From Psammoneis japonica (lineage: Eukaryota): a stretch of DNA of 64,000 bases. Below, one piece after another: positions 39,560-49,771 of the stretch. Location of the stretch: NCBI GenBank assembly GCA_008632985.1, contig QPGO01000166.1:1-64000 (forward strand), read 5' to 3'. The notes below the pieces were generated by a model. It worked only from the letters and a program-made list of their open reading frames with translations, had not been told where the DNA came from and did not search any database. The translations under genes were made by a program, and so were the position numbers. The number at the start of each line of letters is the position of its first letter. Position 1 is the first letter of the stretch.

Positions 39560-41669
39560 AGGGAGTTGCACTCTCAAGCGTTGTTGTCACCCACTGCTGC
39601 AGCTGCAACGGCAGGCTCAGCAGCCCCTCCATCGGCACCCACACCAGACTGGTGACACTCCTCCAGCTGAGCATCAATCCTGGCTTGAAACTTGGCTGTT
39701 TCCTTGCGACATTGCTCCAACTCCTCACTGCTCATGTCATTGAGATCAGCATCTGCATCTTCAACAAAGACAGGTGAGGAGGGGACAAAGAAGCCCAGGC
39801 AGTTCACAACACATTTTGCTGGACCCTCAATCCCTTCAGTGCCCTTGGTCGTCTTTGTGTTTGGGATGGGACCATGCTGCTCCATCCATGCATGTGGAGA
39901 CTTGTGCCCTCTGGCGGCATTTTCCAGAGGCCCATGAAGAAGGGGTGGCAAGCACAGTTGCTCAGGTCCATGACATGCAAGACACATGGGACATCAGATC
40001 TGTGTTTCAACATGCACTTGCAGCAATTGTGCGAAGAAAGATGCAGCTTGTTGTGGATGTCTGCAATGGACAAGGCATCCCAGCAGTGGTCACCCCTGTT
40101 TCGTCAAACAAGAATGAACACTGCACAAGTGGGAGATCAAATCAATGAGCTGGCGCAAAGCAATGGAGACTTGCTCGTCACACAGGAGGCACTTGCTCAA
40201 CTCAATCACAATGTCAGCAATCCAGACTTGTCGCTTGCAGCATTCCAAATTGGCCAAGTGCGTGGTCACAGATGCTTTGATGCGCTCGCACCTCGCCTCG
40301 ACACTTTCGAAAGCTTCTGTGGCCCGCTCCATTTCATCCCGGGCAGCGCACAGTGAGCACTCAACGTTGATCACCTCCTTGAAATTTTTGTCTCATGACT
40401 CCTCACTGTTCACTTTGACTGCTTCCCACCTGATCTTGTTGATCTCAAGGTTGTCGATGTTCTGCACCAGGTTGTTCCTTCCAATGCACATCAGTGCACT
40501 GGGGCAAGGGTCCTTGGCAATCTCCTTGACAAGGTCAGTGCAAATGGGAACCCGAGCCCCATCTTTCAGCATCAAGACCTTCTTGCACTCGTTGGATGCC
40601 TCGACCCTGCTCACGTCAAGATGGTCCCCTTTCTTCTGCAGATGCTTCAAAGCCAACTTGTCCTTGGTCATGCCAAGTGCTGACACGGCGGACGACACCA
40701 TGCCCCTTGTCACATCAGCAACAACAACTCTGTCCTCTGCACCATTGAGGCCTGTGGAGGAGCCACCTCCTGATGTTCTTTGTTCCAGCATTGGCGGATC
40801 CAGCGTGTTGGCGGCGGAATCAGGCACCGAAGCAACATCGGAGAATGAAAGCAACGCGGCTCCGTCAACAGAGGCGGCAAGTCATGACTGAGAAAGGAAG
40901 GATGAGGTGCCAACAGAAGTGCCGGCGCGTCATGACAGAAAGAGGAAGGATGAGGGGCTGAGCTGGTGGGTTGCTGCTGGTGAGCTCATGGCGTTGGTTT
41001 TTGTCCTTTTGGAGCACTCAACGTTGATCACCTCCTTGAAATTTTTGTCACATGACTCCTCACTGTTCGCTTTGACTGCTTCCCACCTGATCTTGTTGAT
41101 CTCAAGGTCGTCGATGTTCTGCACCAGGTTGTTCCTTCCAATGCACATCAGTGCACTGGGGCGAGGGTCCTTGGCAATCTCCTTGACAAGGTCAGTGCAA
41201 ATGGGGACCCGAGCCCCATCTTTCAGCATCAAGACCTTCTCGCACTCATTGGATGCCTCAATCCTGCTCACGTCAAGATGATCCCCTTTCTTCTGCAGAT
41301 GCTTCAAAGCCAACTTGTCCTTGGTCATGCCGAGTGCTGACACGGCGGGCGACACCGCGCCCCTTGTCACATCAGCAACAACAACTCTGTCCTCTGCACC
41401 ATTGAGGCCTGTGGAGGAGCCACCTCCTGATGTTCTTTGTTCCAGCATTGGCGGATCCAGCGTGTTGGCGGTGGAATCAGGCACCGAAGCGACATCGGAG
41501 AATGAAAGCGACGCGGCTCCGTCAACAGAGGCGGCAAGTCGTGGCTGAGAAAGGAAGGATGAGGCACCAACAGAAGTGCCGGCGCATCATGACAGAAAGA
41601 GGAAGGATGAGGGGCTGAGCTGGTGGGTTGCTGCTGGTGAGCTCATGGCGTTGGTTTTTGTCCTTTTGT
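39560..41669 (-). pseudogene. TpA-edited gene relic of unknown function with its 5' part tandemly duplicated
   Basis: ORFs 40930..41484, 40393..40854, 40090..40374 and 39574..39987 read as a natural globular/coiled-coil protein but have no Tyr, with His/Cys at plausible Tyr sites (LKHLQKKGDHLD, VPICTDL, EESCDKNF). Confidence 0.6.
40355..41669. repeat. Tandem duplication, 2 x 657 bp
   Basis: gagcactcaacgttgatc at 40355 and 41012; copies differ at about 22 positions. Confidence 0.95.
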
Positions 41670-41797
41670 TGGAGCACATGGTGGCAGTGTGCAGTGTTTG
41701 TATTCAGTGATCGGCGGCATCGCTCGAGGAGAAAATGAGCCGCGCGAGAATTTTGGGAGAGACATGATGCCATGGTGTGACGGCCCGCCGTCGTACA

Positions 41798-42112
41798 GTA
41801 GAAGGCTCGTAGGCACATACCCGTGGGCACATACATGGTGGGCACTGCCCACCGTCGTACTCGTAGAAGGCTCGTAGGCACATACCATGGTGGCCAGCGC
41901 CCACCGGTGTAGAAGGCTCGTAGGCACATACCACGGTGGGCCAGGGCCCACCGTCGTAGAAGGCTCGTAGGAACATACCATGGTGAGCCAGCGCCCACAA
42001 TCATGAAATGTCCTGCCCACCGACGTAGCACCTCCGTACGGGTGTACTGAAAAGAGCGTCTGCCCACCAAAGCGTCCACCCCTGCCCACCAAAGCGTCCA
42101 CCCCTGCCCACG
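41798..42112. repeat. Four 24-bp repeats (gtagaaggctcgtaggcacatacc) separated by hairpin-forming spacers, followed by 22-bp tandem repeats
   Basis: Cores at 41798, 41863, 41909 and 41956; tgcccaccaaagcgtccacccc twice from 42061. Confidence 0.9.
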
Positions 42113-42365
42113 CCCCGGCCCACCGTGACGTAAGCGTCGCGCATAAACCATGGCCCAAGGCAGAGCCTTGTACCGGTACCCATGTACTGTAGAAGTAGGG
42201 CCCTCTCTCTAGAGTACCGTAAACGTCAAACGTATCGCAAGCCATGACGACCGTCTCACACACGCGACATGAGAACCAAAGAACGAACCAGAACTCATAA
42301 ACGAAGTTCTTGCACGAAGCAAAACAACCATTGTACCATCGCTGTAAAAACTGCTTCCGACAGTG

Positions 42366-42872
42366 ATGCCACTTTCTCGATCTGCCGGAGAGGATTCTGA
42401 GCAAAATCTAAGTCAGATCGATTCAGATGAAACTTCAACAGCACTTCGGTCTCAACGTGGTGGCTCAACGGCTCTAGAGCGTGAACTGCCTAACGACTTT
42501 GTTGTGAACCAAAATGAAGAAGCAAAGGAAGATGACGATATAACAATAATTGGTCTCGATTCAGATGGTGATCGGCACGGGGAACCAAACGCTGCAACAT
42601 TAGCTTGGATTCAGGAAAATGGCCCAGCGATGCAGGAACGTCGGCGAATGATGTTACATCGTGAACTCCAGCGAGTGCAGAAGGCAAGCTTTGTGCATTT
42701 TGTCTTGCTCTGTCTTATACCGACAACACTTCTTTTGGTAATGGTAGCGTCGGTTCTAGGCGATAAAGAGGATTGTTCCTCAGAATTTACCCATTGTGCC
42801 GAGGAAACTAGAACATTTATCAACGCATTCACGACCAAATGTATCTGCGAAGCTATCGACGTTGAGGACTAA
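42366..42872 (+). CDS. Small single-pass membrane protein of unknown function
   Basis: Acidic N-terminus, TM segment FVHFVLLCLIPTTLLLVMVASVL, Cys-containing C-terminus. Confidence 0.7.
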   Translation: MPLSRSAGEDSEQNLSQIDSDETSTALRSQRGGSTALERELPNDFVVNQNEEAKEDDDITIIGLDSDGDRHGEPNAATLAWIQENGPAMQERRRMMLHRELQRVQKASFVHFVLLCLIPTTLLLVMVASVLGDKEDCSSEFTHCAEETRTFINAFTTKCICEAIDVED

Positions 42873-42985
42873 GTTGTATGACTAAAGTGACTGTGTTTTT
42901 TCTTTCGTGAGATTAGTGGAGAAATAATGCTACCAGGTTCCCCAAGTGTAAAGGAGATGCGAACTTTTTTGATACTTCTATAGAT

Positions 42986-44312
42986 TTACTCAAAACTAAA
43001 AAAATTACCTCGGCAAATTACAATATGCTCCTCGCAGCGTCTCAGCTTCGCCAGTGTCACCTGCATTATTTGTTCATCCAAGTCTCTTTAAAATTGCCTT
43101 GACGCTGACGTTGTCCTGCAGTAATCGGGCTCAACTCACCACAAGTTCAATGTTCATCACAGGTACGTCGTTGTTCAATGTTTGCAATGTTTCAAAACAA
43201 AGAGAGATGCCGATACCGCTCTCTCCGTATACTGTAGAAGTAAACAGATCAACGGATGCTATTGGTTGAGGTGGGAATGCGTTTACCTGCACACTGATAG
43301 TTTGGAGAATAAAAGTTACGGATTCAGCACACTAGCTATGACCGGGACAAGAGGATGAGAAACAACGCAACGGTTGCACTTACCAGCGTGCTTCCTTGAC
43401 ATCCATGGGTTGTTGCAAAATCTTTCCATCCTGCCAAGTCTTTGAATCATTGCATTTGTCCTCCTCGTCATCAAAAGAGGACAACTTGACATGCACCCAT
43501 GCATCGCCGACGATGCCTGCGCCGGTTCCATGTTTATGCGCTCCGTGGACACACCTCTCAATTTGCACTTGACAAGTGCGCGCCGATTTAGTGGTTCTGC
43601 CATTGAGAATGTCGATGGCTGATAACTCTACAATTGCAGAAACGTTGATTTTCATTGGAAGTTCATTCGAATACGGTTTGTTGCCGGGGAGGTCGTGGCT
43701 CACCGAATCTCCAACAGACACGTCGAACGCAAGGATTGGCAACGTCCACGGCGATAAACGAAGGGAGCGAGATGACTTATCATCGTGCTTTTCTTCGTTA
43801 CTCAAGTTGCTCGAGTCCTCTGTAGTCACTGACTCTAGGGTCGCACGAAGTTCTGAGTCCAGAATTTCCCTCGAAGAATGATCAAAAGCCTCCTCAATAG
43901 TGTCGAGGTATGATTCTGCACGAAGTTGGGACACAGAGACCCTCCAAGGAGCAATCGTGAAGCCTTTCATATGTCCTGATCCCAAGTTCTCGAGTAGAGT
44001 TTTGCTTTCCTTCAACATCGACGAAAAGTCTGAACATAGAGAGAACTGACAGGCTTTCACTACACTGGAATTGCTTGAGAGTCGCAAAGACTCTTCGACT
44101 CGGTTCTGAAGTGCGGCAGCTCGATTTGATATGCTCTTGAGCGAGGCACTCAAAGCGATTCTACACACGTCGATATCGCTCATAGGAAGCACGCCAAAAA
44201 CTTTCAGAGACTTTCCTAAGGAAATTTCTTCCTTTGGACAACCGGAAGTTGGTACGTTGTTGTCCACCATCATGTCGGCAGAGGCAGTCTCGCCGTCTTT
44301 TCTTGGACTCAT
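42986..44312 (-). CDS. Hypothetical protein with two predicted 3' introns (about 43295-43383 and 43061-43139)
   Basis: 310-aa ORF ends at a GTAAGT donor; in-frame continuation RCVQVNAFPPQPIASVDL. Confidence 0.55.
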
Positions 44313-44879
44313 GTTTCTTGCTATTTCTTCCCTCAGGATTGAGACTGAGCTCGTAGCACTCTGTGGATACGGTAGCTCTTACCGGTGTTCGGCAAGCCGT
44401 TCACCTTGAACGATTGATTGCGACTTGTTGTGAGACCGCCGAAGGCGAAAGGTGGCGAAAAGTGAAAAGTTCTTTCCAAGAGCGAAGCAATCAGCTGTGT
44501 GGTGGCGGATTTGTTCGCCTGCGTCATCGAACCAAGAGTGAAGATGCTGTAGGATTTAGTAGGGTATACCTTTTATCAAATAGTTAAGTTATGAATAAAG
44601 GTTAAAATGCCAAATTGCCCGGATCTAGTCGTGCGTGATGCTGAAACACGACCCAACGCATATTTCTTTTCGCGCGCCGCGTGGAAAAACACCACGGGAT
44701 CTGACCTCTAAATAAAGCGCACGCCAGATGGACATGCCGTGCCCAGATGGATGGAACTGCGCGACAAGCGAACAATCAAGACCACGTACATGAGAGATGA
44801 ATGATGACACAGACGTCACAAGAAGATTGCCCATTATTGCTTGTCACGAGAGATAACGATACCAAAGAAGTCGGAAAGA

Positions 44880-45191
44880 ATGAAGGCTATTACGAAGAGT
44901 TTCTCGATCCTGATTGCCGCCTCGTTCTTGGTGAACATGGCGACGTTTGCCTTTGTCCCGAATCTCCCGACGTCGCGTCAAGCTGCATTCTCGAAGACGC
45001 GCGTAAACATTTTCGGGGAAGACCCAGATCCACCCAAGAAATTGACCCGTGATAACGAGCCCGAGGAATATTTCTCCACCAACATGGACAAGATGACTGA
45101 TCAGGAAAAGCTACCTGTTGCCATCGCGGGGCTTGCATTTATTTCACTTCCGTTCATTTTGGGTCTGATCGCACTGTACTCTGCCAAGTAG
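44880..45191 (+). CDS. Small plastid-targeted single-TM protein
   Basis: Signal peptide with TFA-FVP (ASAFAP-like) cleavage motif; LTRDNEPEEYFSTN; C-terminal TM helix. Confidence 0.7.
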   Translation: MKAITKSFSILIAASFLVNMATFAFVPNLPTSRQAAFSKTRVNIFGEDPDPPKKLTRDNEPEEYFSTNMDKMTDQEKLPVAIAGLAFISLPFILGLIALYSAK

Positions 45192-45492
45192 ATACAAAGG
45201 GCGTTTGAAGGCAAAGCTTTGTCATTCATTTATTGTACGGATGTGCTATTAGAAAGGTTTTGTTGCCTACTGTACTGTACTACTTCGCGAGATTCGAAAA
45301 ACCGGGGTACTTCTAGGTTGATCATTCGTCTTTCACACATTTCCCGTCGAGCAAGTATAGCCGTCTTCACGAGATTGCTTATCGGACCTGGCTCTTTCTC
45401 GTGCATAGAATGGATCCTGTGGATTGACTCTGTAGATACGATCGTTCTCGCTTCTCGCCCCGCCCTGTTTGTACTCGACTACTCGAAACGCG

Positions 45493-45990
45493 CTATCTTT
45501 TCTCGTCTGCCAGTTCCAGTAGCTTTCGTTCAAAGTCAATGACATCTACGCATTCGCAATTATCACAATGATTTACACCTTCACCAGAAGCATCTTTCGT
45601 CAAGAATCCATAGATGGAGCTTGCAATTACCGAAAATCTCTGTTGACTGGATAATGAAACTTCGTCTTCAGGCGTGGCTACCTTTGCGCAGGTTGCCGCT
45701 TCACCAAGGATTTCGCCAATCCTTAGCGCCGCTGCAAATGCTTGCTTGTATCCATCTTCAAAGCCATCCTGTAACTTATGCTCCTTTGCATTTTCAAAAG
45801 CTTCAAGGTATCCAATGTTTCGAAATCGTTCTTGCGTCGCTCGTGCTTCAAAAAATGACAGGTCATTAACTGGTACTTGTTGATCTCGTCCTAAATCCAT
45901 TTCATTTTGTTTTTTCATACAACTTGAAGCTGCAAGTTCCTCGGATTTAACATCGATGTCATCCAGCCACTCGTCCTCGCCTTGGTCCAT
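45493..45990 (-). CDS. Yae1/LTO1-like protein (GX3 repeat motif)
   Basis: ERFRNIGYLEAFENAKEHKLQDGFEDGYKQA resembles Yae1_N. Confidence 0.62.
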   Translation of the reverse strand: MDQGEDEWLDDIDVKSEELAASSCMKKQNEMDLGRDQQVPVNDLSFFEARATQERFRNIGYLEAFENAKEHKLQDGFEDGYKQAFAAALRIGEILGEAATCAKVATPEDEVSLSSQQRFSVIASSIYGFLTKDASGEGVNHCDNCECVDVIDFERKLLELADEKR

Positions 45991-46269
45991 GATACTGGCA
46001 AAGACTTAACAACGCAGTCTATCTCGGCCTTCAATCCCATCGCCGCCGCCCGCCGCGCCGCCCGGTACCGGTAGGGAGCACAAACAATCACAGATAAGCA
46101 CGAGACACTGTCAAGGCGTCGGACTGACAGACGCGCATACATTCCGTTCAGCGTTCAGCGATGTGAAAGTAGAAGTGAGCGCTGTCGTTGCGTTTGTTCG
46201 TGTCGCTTGTGGGAAGAACGAAGGACTTTTAGTATAGCGATTGATGCTGGTGTATTTGTGGAAGAGAAA

Positions 46270-48084
46270 ATGGCTTCACTTTCACCAAAAGAAGCTTCAG
46301 AGACGTTACTGATTGAGAATCTATCTTCTGACGAGCCTTCTTGGTCCGCCCTTTTGTCTTGGGCACGTGATGCTCGGAAAAAGAATCTCGGTGAGGAGTC
46401 ATGCCAGGCATCACTTGAGGTAGTTAAAGAGAGAGTGTTTTGTCATTTCTCGGCTATTGGAGAACAGCTGGAAGCTTATTTGCGCAGTGTCTCAGAAAAA
46501 GAAATGGCAAACGAGGCGCACTCAGTAGTTGTGAAAGACACTCGTGCGGCTCTTCGATTCGGAGTGGCATGTTTGTCGATCGGGCAATCTTCGCAAAGCA
46601 ACGAGACTTTTGGTCGAGCTGCGCAAAATGAGATGGTTTTCGTAGCTGGATTACATGTCAAGGTCTCTCTAGTCTTATCGAAACCTGGTGGGGACTCCAG
46701 ATGTAGAATTTTGTCGGCACAGCTTCTGTGCAACATGGTCACGCGTAACAGTGATACAGCATTAGCAATTGCAAAAGAAATACAGCTCTCACCATCGGAA
46801 GAAATCGTCTCAACAAAAATCATGAACTCAATGAGTCATTCGGTTGAGAGAACGACTGAAACATCGACCAGCTGGGTAGAGATGATGTTGCATGCCGCGC
46901 AGGAAGGAAATCGCTCAGCACTGGAGGCCGTCGCTGCAGCCCTACATAACTGCGTAGCGTCGCTGGAAAACCTTTGGTTTTCAGATGATGACAACAATGA
47001 TACTCGGGATGTAGTTTGTAAATCAGCGTCCGAATTCGCCTCAAACATCGCGACTAACCATCTGTTGGTGAGCACGCTTCTCAGGAATATGCTCTCAGTC
47101 GACGTGATAAAGAGGGGTGTACAGAATGAGACAGAAAGCCTCGGAGACGGCACAACAGAGTGGATTGTTTTGATATTAAGAAGGCTTTGCTCTTTTGGCT
47201 TGTTACCTGAAATGTATCTCTCCGCCAGCGGCGTAATGAAACCGGATGATACCGTGGCATGTTTGGTCACACCGGAACAAGTCGTCTTGCTCCATTGCGT
47301 GGAAAGAGTTGTGGACGATTCGCTACATTCTTCTTCAAACAAATCAAGCCACCATCCACTGGGTCGGGACGGTGCAATTCTGTCTTCTCTTTTGTATCTT
47401 GCGAGTCAAGCATCATTCATTTCACGAAGCCTCTCGCGAGATTGTCAGAATCTCGATCCCTTCGCAGAAAAAAACGACATGGTTTATGAAGAATCTGCAT
47501 ACTCACCTATTCTCGAAATCCTGTCATCATCGCTTGGTGTGGAGGGGGTGGAGGAGGTGGATGAATGTCGGACTCGTCTTGGGATAGATACTCAGATCAT
47601 ACAAGATACTTCCCGTGACCTCGGGAGAATCGTTGATGACCTTTCAGTAAAGAACCGTGGAAAGAATGCCCGTGAACTCTCCATGTCAGATCGTGAGCAA
47701 CGTCTGATTACAGTACTAGTTCGACTGCTGGGAAACCTTTGCTTCCAAAATCGACAGAATCAGGATTTGATGCGATCTACAATTGTTCCCTTTTCTTCGG
47801 AATTGGCGCTTGAGCCAGAACCGATTGATAAGCCGGAACGCACAGCTCTTCATGTCCTTCTTTCTTGCACGTCTTTTTCCTATTGCTGCTTCACACTTCG
47901 CGAATGGTCTATTGTTGCGGTGAGGAACGCTTTAGATTCAAACGAGAAGAACCAGCAGTTGGTGGAACAGCTGGAAGTGCAGCAAGCTTTGAACACTCCC
48001 GAACTGCAACGAATGGGCGTAAAGGTTGAACTCGATCGACAAGGCAAGGTGGTGGTAGAAGACAAAAAGAAACCTTTCAAATAG
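46270..48084 (+). CDS. Ataxin-10 domain (ARM-like) protein
   Basis: LVRLLGNLCF.NRQNQD and LREWSIVAVRNALDSNEKNQQLVEQL...ELQRMGVKVELD. Confidence 0.8.
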   Translation: MASLSPKEASETLLIENLSSDEPSWSALLSWARDARKKNLGEESCQASLEVVKERVFCHFSAIGEQLEAYLRSVSEKEMANEAHSVVVKDTRAALRFGVACLSIGQSSQSNETFGRAAQNEMVFVAGLHVKVSLVLSKPGGDSRCRILSAQLLCNMVTRNSDTALAIAKEIQLSPSEEIVSTKIMNSMSHSVERTTETSTSWVEMMLHAAQEGNRSALEAVAAALHNCVASLENLWFSDDDNNDTRDVVCKSASEFASNIATNHLLVSTLLRNMLSVDVIKRGVQNETESLGDGTTEWIVLILRRLCSFGLLPEMYLSASGVMKPDDTVACLVTPEQVVLLHCVERVVDDSLHSSSNKSSHHPLGRDGAILSSLLYLASQASFISRSLSRDCQNLDPFAEKNDMVYEESAYSPILEILSSSLGVEGVEEVDECRTRLGIDTQIIQDTSRDLGRIVDDLSVKNRGKNARELSMSDREQRLITVLVRLLGNLCFQNRQNQDLMRSTIVPFSSELALEPEPIDKPERTALHVLLSCTSFSYCCFTLREWSIVAVRNALDSNEKNQQLVEQLEVQQALNTPELQRMGVKVELDRQGKVVVEDKKKPFK

Positions 48085-48150
48085 TTGCTCGTTTAATTTA
48101 GAGTGTTAAATACCAGGACAACTACAGAGCCTTCTTGCGACCCATCCTCT

Positions 48151-49326
48151 CTAGTTGTAGCCATTAGGATTCTTCTGCTGCCAACACCACAAGTCACGAC
48201 ACATTTCGTCCAAATCTCGCTTCGCCTCCCAGCCCATCTCGTTCTTGGCTAGACTGGCATCTGCGTAGCAGACAGCAATGTCGCCGGGTCGCCTATCTCC
48301 GATTTTGTATTTGATTTCATGACCACAAGCTTTTTCCATGGCCTTTACCATGTCAAGCACTGAGTAGCCGTTTCCGGTACCAAGGTTAAAGGTAAACATC
48401 CCTTTGCCATGCCTCTCCATGTAGTTAATCGCAGCCAGATGCCCTTCGGACAAGCACATTACGTGCAAATAGTCCCGGACGCCCGTGCCATCAGGCGTGT
48501 CATAGTCGTTGCCAAACACGGTGAGAAACTCACGCCTTCCAATAGCAACCTGGGAGACGTATGGCATCAAGTTATTGGGAATACCATTGGGATCTTCTCC
48601 AATCAAACCAGAAGGGTGAGAACCAACAGGATTGAAATAGCGGAGCACTGTGATTTTCCACGTGCTAGTTTTGCCATCCACTTCGGTGGACCTGAAAAAA
48701 TCGCCAAGAATCTCTTCAATAAAGTACTTGGTCCTGCCATAAGCGTTCGTGATACCAACACCAACTTCAGTAGACTCTGTAATTGGCATTGTATCTGCAG
48801 CCCCATACACAGTCGCCGAAGAGGAAAATACAATGGAGTGGCACTTGAACTCGTCCATCAGACGGAGCAAGACGAACGTTCCGGTCAAGTTATTATCATA
48901 GTACGCGAGCGGAATTCGAGCACTTTCACCGACCGCCTACAAAAGCAAGTATCGTTAGTGAGACATGCAACTCAGAAGTAAACTAGAAAGAACCTACACA
49001 CTAGGAATCACATTATACGGTACCTTGAGACCAGCAAAGTGGATGCAAGAGGAGAACGTGGGTGACTCGCTAAACACCTCTCGAAGCGCAGCCTCGTCAC
49101 ACAAATCAACCTCATAGAAAATTAGGCGTTTCTTCCTAGCTTCATCGTCGAGACCCGCAATCTCAGCCACACGATCCAACGAAACGGCGCTCGAGTTCGA
49201 GAGATTGTCCACGACAACAACGTTGTAATTCTGCTCGAGCAGGCATACAATTGTGTGCGAGCCAATGTAGCCGCATCCTCCCGTCACAAGAACGTACTTT
49301 CCGTCACCTCCTTTATCGGTGCTCAT
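48151..49326 (-). CDS. galE: UDP-glucose 4-epimerase; intron 48937-49023
   Basis: VLVTGGCGYIGSHT, IHFAGLK/AVGES, FSSSATVYG, YGRTK, LRYFNPVG, GEDPNGIPNNLMPY, GTGVRDYLHV. Confidence 0.96.
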
Positions 49327-49771
49327 TGTGTAATTTTATGGAAGTCTATGGAAGTGAGAGCAAGAAAAACGTTGGTATGCAGGGATGCGATGGAGTTGCG
49401 CTTTTGTTCTGAGATTTGACAGCGCAGCAGACCTGGATCTTGGATCATTGTGCGTGGGTCATCCATGACGGGTCATCGCTCATCGCGCGAGAATGTAGTC
49501 TCGTGTGCTCCAAAATAGGATGACGTGGTGCGGTGGGATGGACGGACGGTTACTCTTGTATTTTGATATTCGGGATCGGATATGATCGGATTTTTCATTT
49601 TATTTGTGATATTCATGAATGCAGCATTATGTATACATAAAGGTAGATGAACACAAAACGATACTGTACGACGACTCGCCGGAGATTATCAATGGTATTA
49701 GCCTCTGAATATATAAATAAAGTTACTTTTCGACAGTCCGAAATGCTTTGCGTCTCGCAAAATCAAACGCG

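Larger units (their letters stand above)
22890..41700. mobile_element. TpA-depleted block 2: about 18.8 kb cluster of degenerate, probably nested repeats and gene relics
   Basis: About 33 TA dinucleotides by manual scan; CpG strongly depleted except near the right end; internal direct, inverted and tandem repeats; microsatellites; ORFs essentially Tyr-free. Confidence 0.7.

Noticed and set aside
22890..41700. Classical fungal RIP or simple 5mCpG decay as the full explanation
   Set aside because: RIP increases TpA and lowers GC; CpG decay does not consume TpA. Here TpA is the most depleted dinucleotide.
41798..41990. CRISPR-like repeat-spacer appearance
   Set aside because: Spacers are related to each other and palindromic, lengths are irregular (41/22/23), there are no cas genes, and the context is eukaryotic.
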